NCBI GenBank assembly: GCA_951406725.2
Contig: OX597814.1
Span: forward strand, 127,472,001-127,536,000
DNA: 64,000 bases
Direction: 5' to 3'
From: Octopus vulgaris
Lineage: Eukaryota
Positions 38,863 through 51,493 of this stretch are shown piece by piece. The translations under genes were made by a program, and so were the position numbers. The notes beneath the pieces are model-generated. The model worked only from the letters and a program-made list of their open reading frames with translations, was not told where the DNA came from and searched no databases. Numbering within the stretch: the stretch's first letter is position 1; every line of letters begins with the position of its first letter.

Positions 38863-39679
38863 ACTAGTTTTATTATTGCCATCCTACTCCTACTCTTTCT
38901 CATCATCATCATCATCATCAATACCATTCCCACTACCACCAATACAACTCCTTAATATCTGTCTAAACAATGAAAAGGGATGAGAATGAGACGCATTTTC
39001 TACCTTATCTATCTTCCCGACACTCACACACACTTATACACATACTCATGTGCACTCACACAAATTCACTCGTATACATGCACACATACAAATGTTGTCT
39101 TGTGTCTCTATTCCAGTTATGATTTCCAACATCCTTACCATTTTTATGGCTGCCTTTTTCTCTTCTTCATCACACATCATATGATTCTATCTTATTAGAT
39201 GAACAGCAACAGTAGCAGCAACACCACCACCACCAACAGCAAGAGACAAATACTTACAGATAGTAAGGATGCAATTTTATGTTATACGCCATAAATATTT
39301 TTATGAGGCTCCATTGAACTGTGGCATTTGTGGAAAGTCGTTCAAGTCTGTGCTATCATATTCAAATGTGATTAGCAGACATTCTATTTTGTAACTGGCA
39401 GCTCTTTTGAACTGAATTTATCAATATGTATGATATTTGCTAACATTTTGGTCTAAACAACAAACATTTGAAATGACAAAGACAAGAATGCATGCCATTA
39501 GTAATGTTTGGTTGATGCAATGTCTATTTAGATAAAAATATATATTTTAAAACTATTATCATATTTATTACTGGAGATCCTCACATGTCACATCGATAAT
39601 GCAGTATAACAACACTGTACTGATAATGTTGCACAATAATTTTGTATAAATAATGTTGTGCAATGACACTGTAGTAATA

Positions 39680-40385
39680 ATGTACTGTAGTAATAATGTA
39701 CTGATAATGTTCTACAATGTACTGTAGAAATAATGTACTGATAATGTTCTACAACGTACTGTAGTAATAATGTACTGATAATGTTCTACAATGTACTGTA
39801 GTAATAATGTACTGATAATGTTCTACAATGTACTGTAGTAATAATGTACTGATAATATTCTGCAATGTACTGTGATAATAATGTACTGATAATGTTCTAC
39901 AATGTACTGTAGTAATAATGTACTGATAATGTTCTATAATGTACTGTAGTAATAATGTACTGATAATGTTCTATAATGTACTGTAGTAATAATGTACTGA
40001 TAATGTTCTACAATGTACTGTAGTAATAATGTACTGATAATGTTCTACAATGTACTGTAGTAATAATGTACTGATAATGTTCTACAATGTACTGTAGTAA
40101 TAATGTACTGATAACGTTCTACAATGTACTGTAGTAATAATGTACTGATAATGTTCTACAATGTACTGTAGTAATAATGTACTGATAATGTTCTACAATG
40201 TACTGTAGTAATAATGTACTGATAATGTTCTACAATGTACTGTAGTAATAATGTACTGATAATGTTCTACAATGTACTGTAGTAATAATGTACTGATAAT
40301 GTTCTATAATGTACTGTAGTAATAATGTACTGATAATGTTCTACAATGTACTGTAGTAATAAGGTACTGATAACGTTCTACAATG
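39680..40385. repeat. 37-bp minisatellite, ~19 copies
   Basis: Unit AATGTACTGTAGTAATAATGTACTGATAATGTTCTAC; degenerate relatives flank it and resume after 41015. Confidence 0.95.
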
Positions 40386-40452
40386 AAACTGCAGTAACAA
40401 TGACACTATAGTAATAATGTTATACAATGATACTGTAGTGATAATGTACAAC

Positions 40453-41015
40453 CAGGGTTGGCTTTAAGCTAATTAAACAGATTTGTTTAAATTGGGCCCC
40501 ACAAGAGAGGGCCCCAAGCAGAAGCTCAAGCATAGGGTCCTATGATGAATTAAACATTTCCTCCTGCCAGCCCTATGTTAACAGTTGCATCAGGTGAAAG
40601 AAGTTTTTCAAAACTAAAACTAATTAAAATACAACAGTCAACAATTTCAAAAAAGAGACTAAATAATTTGGTGATGCTATCTGTAGAAAAAGACATTACA
40701 AAAACCATTGATTTTGAAATGATTTTGAAAGAATTCTCATAAAAAAGCCAGAATAGCCTGTTTTTAGAAGGCTTATTCACAAACAGTATGTCAGTAATAA
40801 TCTTGACTTGTAATAAAACATTAAAACTTTCGTATGAGCTTTCAATTTTTTGTATATCATTGTAGCTAACGGTGGACCCTCAATCCTTCAATGCTTTTTG
40901 ACTGAAACTGGTGTAGTATGTGAAGCATAAAACATCAGTCTTCAGCTTTGTAGAGTAGAAGGACCCCCACTGACAATTCTCTAATTGGGCCCCATGCTTC
41001 CTAGTGCCAACCCTA
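40453..41015 (+). mobile_element. Non-autonomous hAT transposon with dimerization-domain remnant
   Basis: CAGGGTTGGC / GCCAACCCTA termini; imperfect 8-bp TSD TGTACAAC/TGTGCAAT; TVASGERSFSKLKLIK...RLNNLVMLSVEKD at ~40575-40745. Confidence 0.85.
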
Positions 41016-41498
41016 TGTGCAATGACACTGTACTAATAATGTTGTAGAATGACTCTGCAGTAATAATGTTATGCAATGACTCAATATTGACAATGGCACT
41101 TCTTTCATTTCTTTACTTAGCATCTGTTTTTCATGCTTGCATGCATTTGATGAGGAATTTTTGAGGAAGGAGGTTATGGGTGGATAATCTTCTTATTGGC
41201 AACCCGTAGCTGTTTTACAGCTAAGAGATATTTTACTCCAACAGTCTTCGAAAGCACAGAACAATTGATCATAATGTCAACCAGAAATGTCAGTATCAAC
41301 ACTGTTTCACTCAAGTGGCAACAAACATGAAATACCAACACTCATGCATATTTTTGCACATAAACGCACTTATAGATATGCGTGCACATTTACACACACT
41401 CATACACACACACACATGCTCACACACAAGTTCACACACACTTTCACACACACAAGCACAACCACATACATATATACACATACAGAGAGGAATGGAGG

Positions 41499-41499
<1 letters not shown>

Positions 41500-41564
<65 letters not shown>

Positions 41565-41796
41565 CAGGTAGGTAGGTAGGTAGGTAGGTAGGTAGGTAGG
41601 TAGGTAGGTAGATAGGTAGGTAGATGGGTAGGTAGGTAAGTAGGTAGGTAGGTAGGTAGGTAGGTAGGTAGGTAGGAAGGTAGGTAGGTAGGCAGACAGA
41701 TAGACAGACAGACAGACAAACAGACAGGCAGACAGACAGACAGACAGACAGACAGAAAGACAGACAGACAGACAGACAGGTAGATAGATAGATAGA
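41500..41796. repeat. Compound (GATA)(GGTA)(GACA) microsatellite
   Basis: Direct reading. Confidence 0.95.
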
Positions 41797-42247
41797 CCCA
41801 ATGGACTTCTTGCAGTTTACATCTAGTAAATTCACTCACAAGGCATGCTGTACAATGATATGTTATAGATAATATTCAATAATGTAATTGCATTAATAAT
41901 AATATTGCACAGTAACAGCATATTGAAAGTGTTGTAGAATGTTACTGTAATGATAATGATGTGCTGTAGCTCCAGATTATCATTTTTCAAGCAGTCCAAA
42001 GATACACACGTTTTTGGCCTATCATTCAGGTGTGACCCTTAAATCCATCTTTTTTCAGTTATATCAAATCTCCACATAGCTGAGGACCATACTGCATACA
42101 CTCTGATGTACAGAGGTGAATCACATGAGTGCAGCATGGCAATCTGGACATTATGCATTCTCTCCAATGTCAAGTCTATTTCTGTAGGGTCATACAGAAA
42201 TAGACTTGATCTTGCAGTTTAAGCAACCAGTAAAACATATATTTTTC

Positions 42248-42294
42248 AGTCTGAAAACGGCTACAAGAAGCTTGAAACTCATATCAGAGTAACT
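42248..42294 (+). ncRNA. Decayed hammerhead motif (G8->A)
   Basis: AGT-CTGAAAA-C GGCT ACAAGA AGCT T-GAAA-CTC ATATCA GAGT-A-ACT. Confidence 0.5.
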
Positions 42295-42436
42295 CCCTGT
42301 AAACATTATCATTAAGATTAAAATAAAAATCATCCCCTCAAAAAAAAAAACATTTTTATTCATTCTTTCAAATATATATAATACTGTACCAAGAACTTTC
42401 TCTTTATTATTCTACTATGTGTATATATATATATTA

Positions 42437-42672
42437 TTACTTATTATATTATATATTGATCATTCATTTTTATACTTTTTGAGATCTTTTTGAGAGTTAT
42501 ACGTTATATGTTTTATAAAAATATATATTATTTATGTTTCAGTTTATGTCTATCACTGTTTGAGTTGCATAATAGTGGTCTTATCTCTAATTTACATTTT
42601 ATATATTTATACTGTGAAATTTGATTTAAGACTAAATTGAATTTTTCCCTGTAAGTTTGGAGTTATATTCCC

Positions 42673-42675
<3 letters not shown>
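42437..42675 (+). mobile_element. Single copy of the H2-related element body/tail
   Basis: Homologous to 19063-19312 (TTGCATAATAGTGG, GTGAAATTTGATTTAA, GTAAGTTTGGAGTTAT). Confidence 0.8.
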
Positions 42676-42715
<40 letters not shown>

Positions 42716-42718
42716 TAT

Positions 42719-43030
42719 GTCGTAAGACACCTGCTGTTGTCCTGTTATTACCATTCTTGTTTATAATTTTATTTTTGTTTTTTGTATTTATATTCGTGTG
42801 GCTTCGTCCGTTTTTCTGTCCTTATTTCGTTTACATTCGATCCTTTTTCCAAGAAATCTAATGCTCGCAGCTTGGTTTTTCATTAGGGCTGGCCGTTTCG
42901 GAGCAATATCAGGATTAATCAGCCGAAATTTGCGATGATGATCCGGTTCCTGACTGAAGATTAAAGGCTTCGAATGACCCGTCTGCTTTTTGTGTCATCT
43001 CTTTGTGTATTTCACGTTCTTGTCCCTTTT
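42719..43030 (+). mobile_element. CpG-retaining short element in (TA)n
   Basis: Bounded by (TA)n; related to 1622-1798. Confidence 0.5.
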
Positions 43031-43056
43031 TATATATAATTTTTATACATATATAT

Positions 43057-43087
<31 letters not shown>

Positions 43088-43879
43088 GAATGTTTTGGAG
43101 ATAGGTTTTAATGTAGTGGCAGAGACTTAGAAGAGGATTGAAGCTTATTACAACCACAAACTGTGACTCTCATTTGAACAGAATAAACAAGCTCCTATGT
43201 TGTTACTCAGCCTGCAAGAGTTAGCAGCTATCTTTCTCAGGTATTAACTTATCTTATATTAGATGTTCTAATGACTCTGTTAAACCATTGCCTTACACAT
43301 ATACATTTATAAATGCATACATGCGCATGTGTTTGTGTTCATGCATGTGTATATTCATGTTGTGTGTATGTGTGTATGCATGTTTGTGTATTCTAAAGTT
43401 TATCAAGATACTGCAGAGATTCGCAAAGTTTTCTCATTGGTAACATAATTTTTAAAAAATAAAATTTTTCATGACATTAATTTATAAACAGCTAAATATC
43501 AAAGCACTTGTGACCAATCATATGTCTAATTATACATAGGCTTCTCAGATCTCAGATGTACTTCACAGCCAAGAATTAGTAAAAATTAATCAGAGTTGAC
43601 TTAATTTCATGACACAGCGAAAGATAATCAGTGACATGCTGAAGAGTCATAATGTTTAATTTGGAAGCTTCTATGGCAATATGTGAGTGAAAGGGGAGTA
43701 TAATGGTTGTCTAAGTAGATGCTTATATATAACAGACGTGTGTTAAGATGTGAAAAACTTGTTTTGGAGACAATCATCAACTGCATATTTCTGAGAAGTG
43801 AAAGAAGCCTGATTCTGACTGAATCTGTCTGTGAAAACTCCTTGATATCTGTGACAACTCAATATTAGTGCCATACTAA

Positions 43880-43985
43880 CACCACCACCACCACCACCAC
43901 CACCACCACCACCACCACCACCACCACCACCACCACCGCCGCCACCACCGCCGCCGCCACCGCCGCCGCCACCACTGCCGCCGCC
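43880..43985. repeat. (CCA)n(CCG)n repeat
   Basis: Direct reading. Confidence 0.9.
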
Positions 43986-44467
43986 AAGGGTTTCACACTG
44001 AAGAACAATATATTTGAAAACATCTTGACAAATCTCTCTCCCTCTCTCTCTCTCTTTCTATTTCTTTCTCCAAAAACACTCCTAAATTGTTATCTATGGA
44101 AACACTACAGGTTTTAGACCGCTGAACCCGGAACAACATGTACGTAATTTTATTCGTCAGGATGCAAATATTTTCAAACATGACACAAATCCTGTTATTA
44201 AAGAAATTATATTACACAGTAGTAACAGCGTGTCGTTGTTATTGTCAAAGATAATGATGATGATGATGATATTGCTGTTGTTATTGTTTAGTCTTGTGTG
44301 AATTTTGATTGAGCAAATTTCTAATCAAAAGAATTGAAGCCAAAACCATTCCACCCTTCCCACATCATAGTGTAATTTGGACTACATTATGTGATGTGTT
44401 AATTTTTTTTTTTCAAGACTGTCCATCATCATTATCATCATTTAACATCCACTCCCTATACTGGTGT

Positions 44468-44773
44468 GGAGGCACATGACCTAGTGGTTAAAGCAGCGGA
44501 CTCGTGGTCGAGGAATCGCAGGTTTGAATCTCAGACCAGGCAATGTGTGTGTTTATGAGCGAAACACCTAAGCTCTCTGTGGCTCCGGCAGAAAGTAATG
44601 GCGAACTTCTGCTGATTCTTTCACCACAACTTTCTCTCACTCTTTCCTCCTGCATCTTGCAGCTCACCTGCGACAGACCGGCGTCCTGTCCAGGTGGGGA
44701 ACCTATATGCCAAGGAAACCGGGAAACCGGCCCTATAAGCCAGGCATGGCTTGAGAAGGAACAAACAAAACAA
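44468..44773 (+). mobile_element. tRNA(Arg)-like SINE family C
   Basis: TGACCTAGTGG A box, GGTTTGAATCTC B box, V-domain-like CTGCGACAGACCGGCGTCCTGTCCAGG; inserted into an RTE tail. Confidence 0.8.
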
Positions 44774-45494
44774 ACATACTCCATATTGGCATGGATTAGA
44801 TGGTTTGATTGAAGCTGATGAGCCAGAGAGCTGTATCATGTTCCAGTCTGGTTTAGCATGGTTTCTACAGTTGGATGCCCTTCCTAACGTCAGCCACTCC
44901 GAGAGTGTAGTGGGTTCTTTTATGTGCTACTGGCATGGGTGCCATTTACATGACATCAGCAACAACCATGACTACAATTCACGGGTGGGTGCCACTTACA
45001 TGGCACCAACAATGACCATGACTACGATTCACAGGTGCCATTTTCATGGCACCGACGATGACCACAATTTCCAGGTGCCAATTTACATGGTACCATCAAC
45101 AACCACGACTACGATGCATGGGTGTCATTTACAGTGGTTCAGCTATTTCTTGTAGGCTGATTCTGATCAGACTGCAGCCTGGTGCAGCCTTCTGGCTTGC
45201 CAACTCTCAGTCAAACCATCCAACCCATCCCAGCATGGAAAGCAGACGTTAAATGACGACGATGACAACAATGACGACGATGACAACAATGACGATGATG
45301 ATGATGATTATCCTCAAGAAGGCTTGCTTGTTACTTTGTCCGTAATTTGCTGGTTTCGATGTAAAACAAGTATTTCCTTTTGTATGACTAATAAATGGTT
45401 TAACTTCTAAACCTCTATTGACACAGATAATGTCTGAAAAATCACTTTATATTTATAGTGAGAAGTAGCATCACAAATACTTATCACTTATTTA

Positions 45495-45682
45495 TTTCGG
45501 AGATGTACTTGCATAGCAAGTGACCTGATCTGAGATCGTGTCCTGGAACGAAAACAATTGCAGTGTGGAACATGTTTATGAGCCATTTAAACCGTTAGAT
45601 TCACTTCAACATTTAAATTTAATTTGTCGAAATATTTTCATCACTTTGAGACCTTGACCTGTTCACTGACAAAATTCCGTGC
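45495..45682 (-). mobile_element. Second copy of the 21535-21760 element
   Basis: Reverse-complement homology over ~190 bp. Confidence 0.8.
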
Positions 45683-45978
45683 TTATTTATTTATCTTTAT
45701 TATTGCTTATCTTTTACTTGCTTCAGTCATTAGACTGCGGCCATGCTGGGCACCACCTCAAAGAAGTATAGTCAAACAAATTGACCCCTGCACTTAGATG
45801 TTTTGCCATTAAGCCTGGTATTTATTCTGTTGGTTTTTTTTTGCTGGACCACTAAGTTATAGGGACATAAACATGCCAACACCGATTGCCAAGTAGTGGT
45901 GGAGGAAAAACAAAGATACACACACGCACACATACATATGACGGACTTCTTTCAGTTTCTGTTAAAAATTTACTTACA

Positions 45979-46407
45979 AGGCGTAAGAGTGGCTGTGTGG
46001 TAAGTAGCTTGTTTACCAACCACATGGTTCCAGGTTCAGTCCCACTGTGTGGCACCTTGGCAAGTGTCTTCTACTATAGCCTCGGGTCGACCAAAGCCTT
46101 GTGAATGAATTTGGTAGATGGAAACTGAAAGAAGCCCATCGTATATATGTATATGTGTGTGTGTGTGTGTGTGTGCTTGTGTGTGTGCGTGTGTTTGTGT
46201 GTCTGTGTTTGTCCCTCCAACATTGCTTGACAAATGATGCTGGTGTGTTTACGTCACCGTAACTTAGCGGTTCGGCAAAAGAGACTGATAGAATAAGTAC
46301 TAGGCTTCCAAAGAATAAGTCCTGGGGTCGATTTGCTCGACTAGAGGTGGTACTCCAGCATGGCCACAGTCAAATGACTGAAACAAGTAAAAGAGTAAAA
46401 GAGTAAA
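45979..46407 (+). mobile_element. CORE-like SINE A, full length, nested in an older antisense SINE A (45705-45975 / 46410-46502)
   Basis: Complete head, CORE-like motif and tail; flanks are the two halves of a minus-strand copy. Confidence 0.85.
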
Positions 46408-46796
46408 GGCTTTATTAGAAGACACTTTTTCAAGGTACCATACAGTGGGACTGAATTTGGACCCGTCTGGTTGGGAAGCAAACTTCTTACCACACAGCCA
46501 TGTCTACCCTTATTGATGTATATATTTTTCAGCATTTGTTTCTCAATTGCCTACAGCTTATAGTTTTCGCAATATTCTCTCTGAATATGAAGAAGGATCA
46601 ACCTATTGCCCTCATTCTTCAAAATACAGCAAAGGGGAATCTTTTGACTGTCAGGATACCGCATCATTCAAAAATTCTGTGCTTCTCAAAGTTCACCAAT
46701 TCAATTCCTGACATGCCCTTGTACCTTTCCCTTTTTAGGGCTCTTTTACTTTCCACTTTTCTATCTGCACTTTTAGCTCATTGCTTTTTTTTTTAT

Positions 46797-47097
46797 ACTT
46801 GTTTCAGTCATTTGACTGTGGCCATGCTGGAGCACCACCTTTAGTCAAGCAAATCAACCCCAGGACTTATTCTTTGTAAGCCTAGTACTTATTCTATCAG
46901 TCTCTTTTGCTGAACTGCTAAGTTACAGGGATGTAAACACACCAGCATCAGTTGTCAAGCGATGTTGGGAGGACAAATACAGACACACACACATCATCAT
47001 CATCATCGTTTAACGTCCGTTTTCCGTGCTAGCACCGGTTGGACGGTTCGACTGGGGTCTGGGAAGCCAGGAGGCTTCACCAGGCTCCAGTCTGTTC

Positions 47098-47128
<31 letters not shown>

Positions 47129-47304
47129 TATACATATATATGACGGGCTTCTTTCAGTTTCCATATACCAAATCCACTCACAAGGCTTTGGTCGGCCTGA
47201 AGCTATCGTAAAAGACACTTGCACAAGGTGCCATGCAGTGGGACTGAACGCGAAACCATGTGGTTGGTAAGCAAGCTACTTACCACACAGCCACTCCTGC
47301 GCCT
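46797..47304 (-). mobile_element. CORE-like SINE A with nested RTE tail (46992-47092)
   Basis: As at 27493, an RTE stub sits in the SINE's internal microsatellite. Confidence 0.85.
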
Positions 47305-47753
47305 ATCTTTTTTTTTTTACTCTTTACATAACATATTGTTGCTTTCTATCCTCTCTTTTATTCTTTCCTATTGAGTTGTTGAGTTCTTGAACACTCTGTA
47401 CAGTAAGTTCATGATCATCATCATTATATTATTATTTTAATACAATAAATATAAACAAATCAATGTTTGCCTTAGAAGCACTGAAATGTGTATTGTGAGA
47501 TACAAATAAGATGATAATATATTTTCAAATGCACAAGTGCTGAGAGAACAGCAAAGACAGGATAAAATATTCATACAAGGCAGAAAAATATTATTACTAT
47601 TATTTCTCTTTATCACAGGTTTTGTTGGAGCTCCTGGGTTCTTGCATGCATAGTGGGCTTGCTACCTGCAGCCTATGGTACCATGCTATCCATTATTTTC
47701 AGCTATCTAATATTTTCCTGATTATTCTGGACGTGCCAGTAAGATGATTATTA

Positions 47754-47808
<55 letters not shown>

Positions 47809-48637
47809 GTACACTGAGCAAAATGAGCAAAATGCTTAGCAGCTGTTCATCTGTCTCTACGTTTTGTGTAGGTGCTTGCTTTTGGATTCATTACCTGTTT
47901 CTAATTAAAAAAATTTGTATCAGATGTGGCTCTCCAAAGAAACTTAACAGTGACATCAGAAATTTCTGTTCATTGTAGTAGTATGTATAAAGAGAGAAGC
48001 AAGAACATTCCTATGAAAGTGGCAAGAGTGCCTCTATTAGTGCAGACCAGGTGTGGGCAACTTTTTACAAGAAATGGGTATCATCAGGCGAACTCCACTA
48101 CTAAAAACATTCAAGGTAACTTTTTGTTAGCATGTGATTCAAAATGTCCCATGGGCTTCATTGTATCCATGACTTATGTAAGCAATTCTTTTTAGAGTTC
48201 AAAATTTTGATTGTTGTGACTATGAAGACCTTGCCAAATACAAGAATTTGCCTGCAATTTCGCTTTTACTGTTTATGTCTCTAAGCTTGATTTTCGCATT
48301 GTCTGTCTGTCTCTGTAAATCTGGTCACTTTTAATACACTCCAGATCAAATCTGACTGGACAGATCTGTGGTGGTATCATCACTTGAAAATCTGGGAAAT
48401 GTTTGCATATAATTTTATTGGCTATATTTTTGCCAACACCATTACTCAATCAGCCAAAATTCCGGTTGTTGTTTACAAAGAAATTCCTAATTGAAGACAA
48501 CAGGTCTGGCATTTGAATCAGTGTATAGACCTGTTACAGCTTCAATGATAACTTATCATACCATATATTGATTTTTCTACAATATCTGAAACAGAAATTA
48601 GAATAGAACTGTGGAATTTACAAATATAATAATAATG

Positions 48638-48679
<42 letters not shown>

Positions 48680-48704
48680 TATAATTTTCGTATGTTTTTT
48701 TAGA

Positions 48705-48851
48705 TATTCACTAGTACAACACTAAGTACACAACCAAATATATGGCACCCTAGGCATAACACCAACATGAACTTCCAACCTGTTGTCTCTTGAGGTCTCT
48801 GGGTGAGACTTGGAGCCAGCTTGTGCAAATGTAAAACAAAAGTCAAACATA

Positions 48852-48852
<1 letters not shown>
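48705..48852 (+). mobile_element. Probable R4/Dong-type 3' end in (AAT)n
   Basis: Flanked by (AAT)n tracts; GAGGTCTCTGGGTGAGACTTG hairpin near the 3' end. Confidence 0.45.
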
Positions 48853-48889
<37 letters not shown>

Positions 48890-49297
48890 CTATGAAATTC
48901 ACAGTTTAGAATTTAACTAAAGTATGAGTCACTATAACTAATTCTACCTGTTTTTTTTTTCTTTTTCTGATTTCTTACTTTTCACCATTAACCATTACTT
49001 CTTCCCTCATGAACTCTTACAAAATTTTCAAAAGTTATTACATAATGTTGCATAGAGCAGCATTAAGTGAAATATATTTGTCTAACAACATATTCAGCAT
49101 GTTTGAGTGTGCTCAGACATGAAAAGACCTTCTGCTGCAGAAATAGCCCCAGGATAATATTCTCCACTTAGAGACATGAGAAACACAAGATGGACTGTAA
49201 ATAATGTTAATGGACCACAGGATGCATGCATTTCTGTGTTGTTTCACTTCATCAGCTACAAAACCAAATCTATCAAAAAATAGTTTAATTTATGATT

Positions 49298-49692
49298 AGG
49301 CGCAGGAGTAGCTGTGTAGTAAGTAGTTTGCTTACCAACCACATGGTTCCGGATTCATTCCCACTGCGTGGCACCTTGGGCAAGTGTCTCCTACTATAGC
49401 TGTGAGCCGACCAAAGCAGATTTGGTAGACTGAAACTGAAAGAAGCCTGCCGTATATATGTATGTGTGTGTGTGTATGTTTGTGTCTCTGTGTTTGTCCC
49501 ACCAACATCGTTTGACAACCGATGCTGGTGTGTTTACATCCCTGTAACTTAGCAGTTTGGAAAAAGCGACCAATAGAATAAGTACTAGGTTTACAAAGAA
49601 TAAGTCCTGGGGTCAATTTGCTCGACTAAAGGCGGTGCTCCAGTATGGCCACAGTCAAATGACTGAAACAAGTAAAAGAGAGTAAAAGAGAG
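49298..49692 (+). mobile_element. CORE-like SINE A, full length
   Basis: Head, CORE-like motif, tail. Confidence 0.9.
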
Positions 49693-50375
49693 TTATGTAA
49701 AGTTTCAATGCAGTTGTTTTATTTCTGGTAGTATACCGGAGGAAAGGCAGTGGAAAAGGTTTATACCAGTCATGTACTAAGGTAGATTCTATTGACTCAA
49801 TTCTGACAAAATGTATAGCTTTGTGCTAATGTGAAAAACCATTACATCTGGAAAATTAAAGTCTTGAATCAGTCTTTTGATTTCCTTCCAGCTGGACTAC
49901 AGCTTTTATCTGACATTAAAATATTTCATCAGAAAACAACAGGTTTTTATCAGACCTTGTGATAAAAGGGTTTTGCTGTTTCAGTTCATTGTCTCATTAA
50001 TTCAGCTTCAACTTCTTTAATAACTTAGTCACCATAGTCACTACATCCACTCTAGAGTCAATACATCTACTCTATAGCCTATACATATCTCTTCAAGATC
50101 AATATCTTCAATGTTTTTATGTTCAGTTATTGCATCTCCACATTATGATGTTCAAACTGTCACTCCAGGTTATGATGTTGCTGCATTTACAATCATCATT
50201 ATATTGACAACATTATAACATATTTATTCCATGTTGTTCAGAGAAATTACTATGAAGTTTCCCTTTCAACTATCAATGTTATCATCTTTTACCTTCCCCT
50301 ATATCATCATCTCCCTAATCACCTCTTTCTCCATTCACCTGGTTGTCAAGCAGTGGTGAGTAACATATGCCCACA

Positions 50376-50458
50376 GGCATATGGTGTAGTGGTTAAGAGT
50401 GTGGGCTATTAACCCCAAGATTCTGAGTTTGATTCCAAGCAGTGACCTGAACAATAAC

Positions 50459-50505
<47 letters not shown>

Positions 50506-50666
50506 CAACATTGAGAAATACCTTATGAATGAGAACCCAGGTTCGAAATTTCCCCAAGACACCTGAAGAAGGCTGGAGGGTATATCAGCCGAAACGTGTT
50601 TACAACAAACAAGATGAGAACAAATATCCGTCAAATGTAAATAATGCAAATAATGTAAATAATGTA
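50376..50666 (+). mobile_element. tRNA-head SINE with hammerhead-like 3' module (family D)
   Basis: A box TGGTGTAGTGG 50382, B box GAGTTTGATTCC 50425, (AAT)n, GACAC-CTGAAGA-A-GGCTG..CAGCC-GAAAC-GTGTT 50558-50600, (AATGTAAAT)n tail. Confidence 0.7.
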
Positions 50667-50869
50667 TATATGCATGCATGTCTGTTTTTTGTCTTGTGTA
50701 TGCATGCATGTGTGCATATATATGCATGCTTTTGGCACTTATGTGTGTGCACATGACATATGTATGCTAAAGTAATTACAACAGCATTGCCATGGGGAGT
50801 GGGGAAATAAGCATATTCCTGTATCTCTCCATTCTGCAATCTGAGGCTGAATGAGCTTGGATTATATAT

Positions 50870-51145
50870 AAATCAATGCTGCCTGATGTGGTACATAAAA
50901 AGCACCATTCAAGTGTGGTTAATGCCAGTGCCACCTGACTGGCTCCCATACCAGTGGAACATAAAAAGCACCCACTACACTCTCAGACTGATTGGCGTTA
51001 GGAAGGGCATCCAGCTGTAGAAACCTTGCCAAATCAGTTTGGAGCCCGGCGCAGCCTCCTGCTCTGCCAGTCCTCAGTGAAACCGTTCAACCCATGCCAG
51101 TATGGAAAGCAGATGTTAAATGACAATGATGATGATGATGATGAT
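50870..51145 (+). mobile_element. RTE 3'UTR stub
   Basis: Conserved tail and (GAT)n. Confidence 0.85.
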
Positions 51146-51493
51146 ATATATATATATGTACATGTAAGTTAGGGGTTATGGATCCAACCCACTAAGGGAT
51201 AATATTTATCAATATACTGTTGGTATAATACCCAAATTCTTAATACACAAATGTTTTTAATTGCAATGCAATTAACTTATTTATTGTATTAAATGGGTAA
51301 AGGTAAAGAAATATTTTACCATTAATTTATAATACAAATAAGAAAATGGAGAAACAATTTAGTTGGTTCATCAGCTTTCGGATATTACAACGTTGAATTA
51401 TTTATTCATTTAACAAAAATGAGAACCTTAATAGCATACATATATACATTATAATTCAATAAATATAAGATAAAAATACAATTATAAAAATCA

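Noticed and set aside
42005-42040. Minus-strand CACAC-CTGAATGA-TAGGCC-AAAAAC-GTGTG hammerhead-like remnant
   Set aside because: No GAAA, no proper stem II and no UH; too degraded to call
47985-48520. Possible decayed transposon or RT coding fragment
   Set aside because: Could not recover enough motif residues by eye to assign a family
51365-51385. Minus-strand CCGAAAGCTGATGA
   Set aside because: Core strands are in the wrong arrangement with no supporting stems
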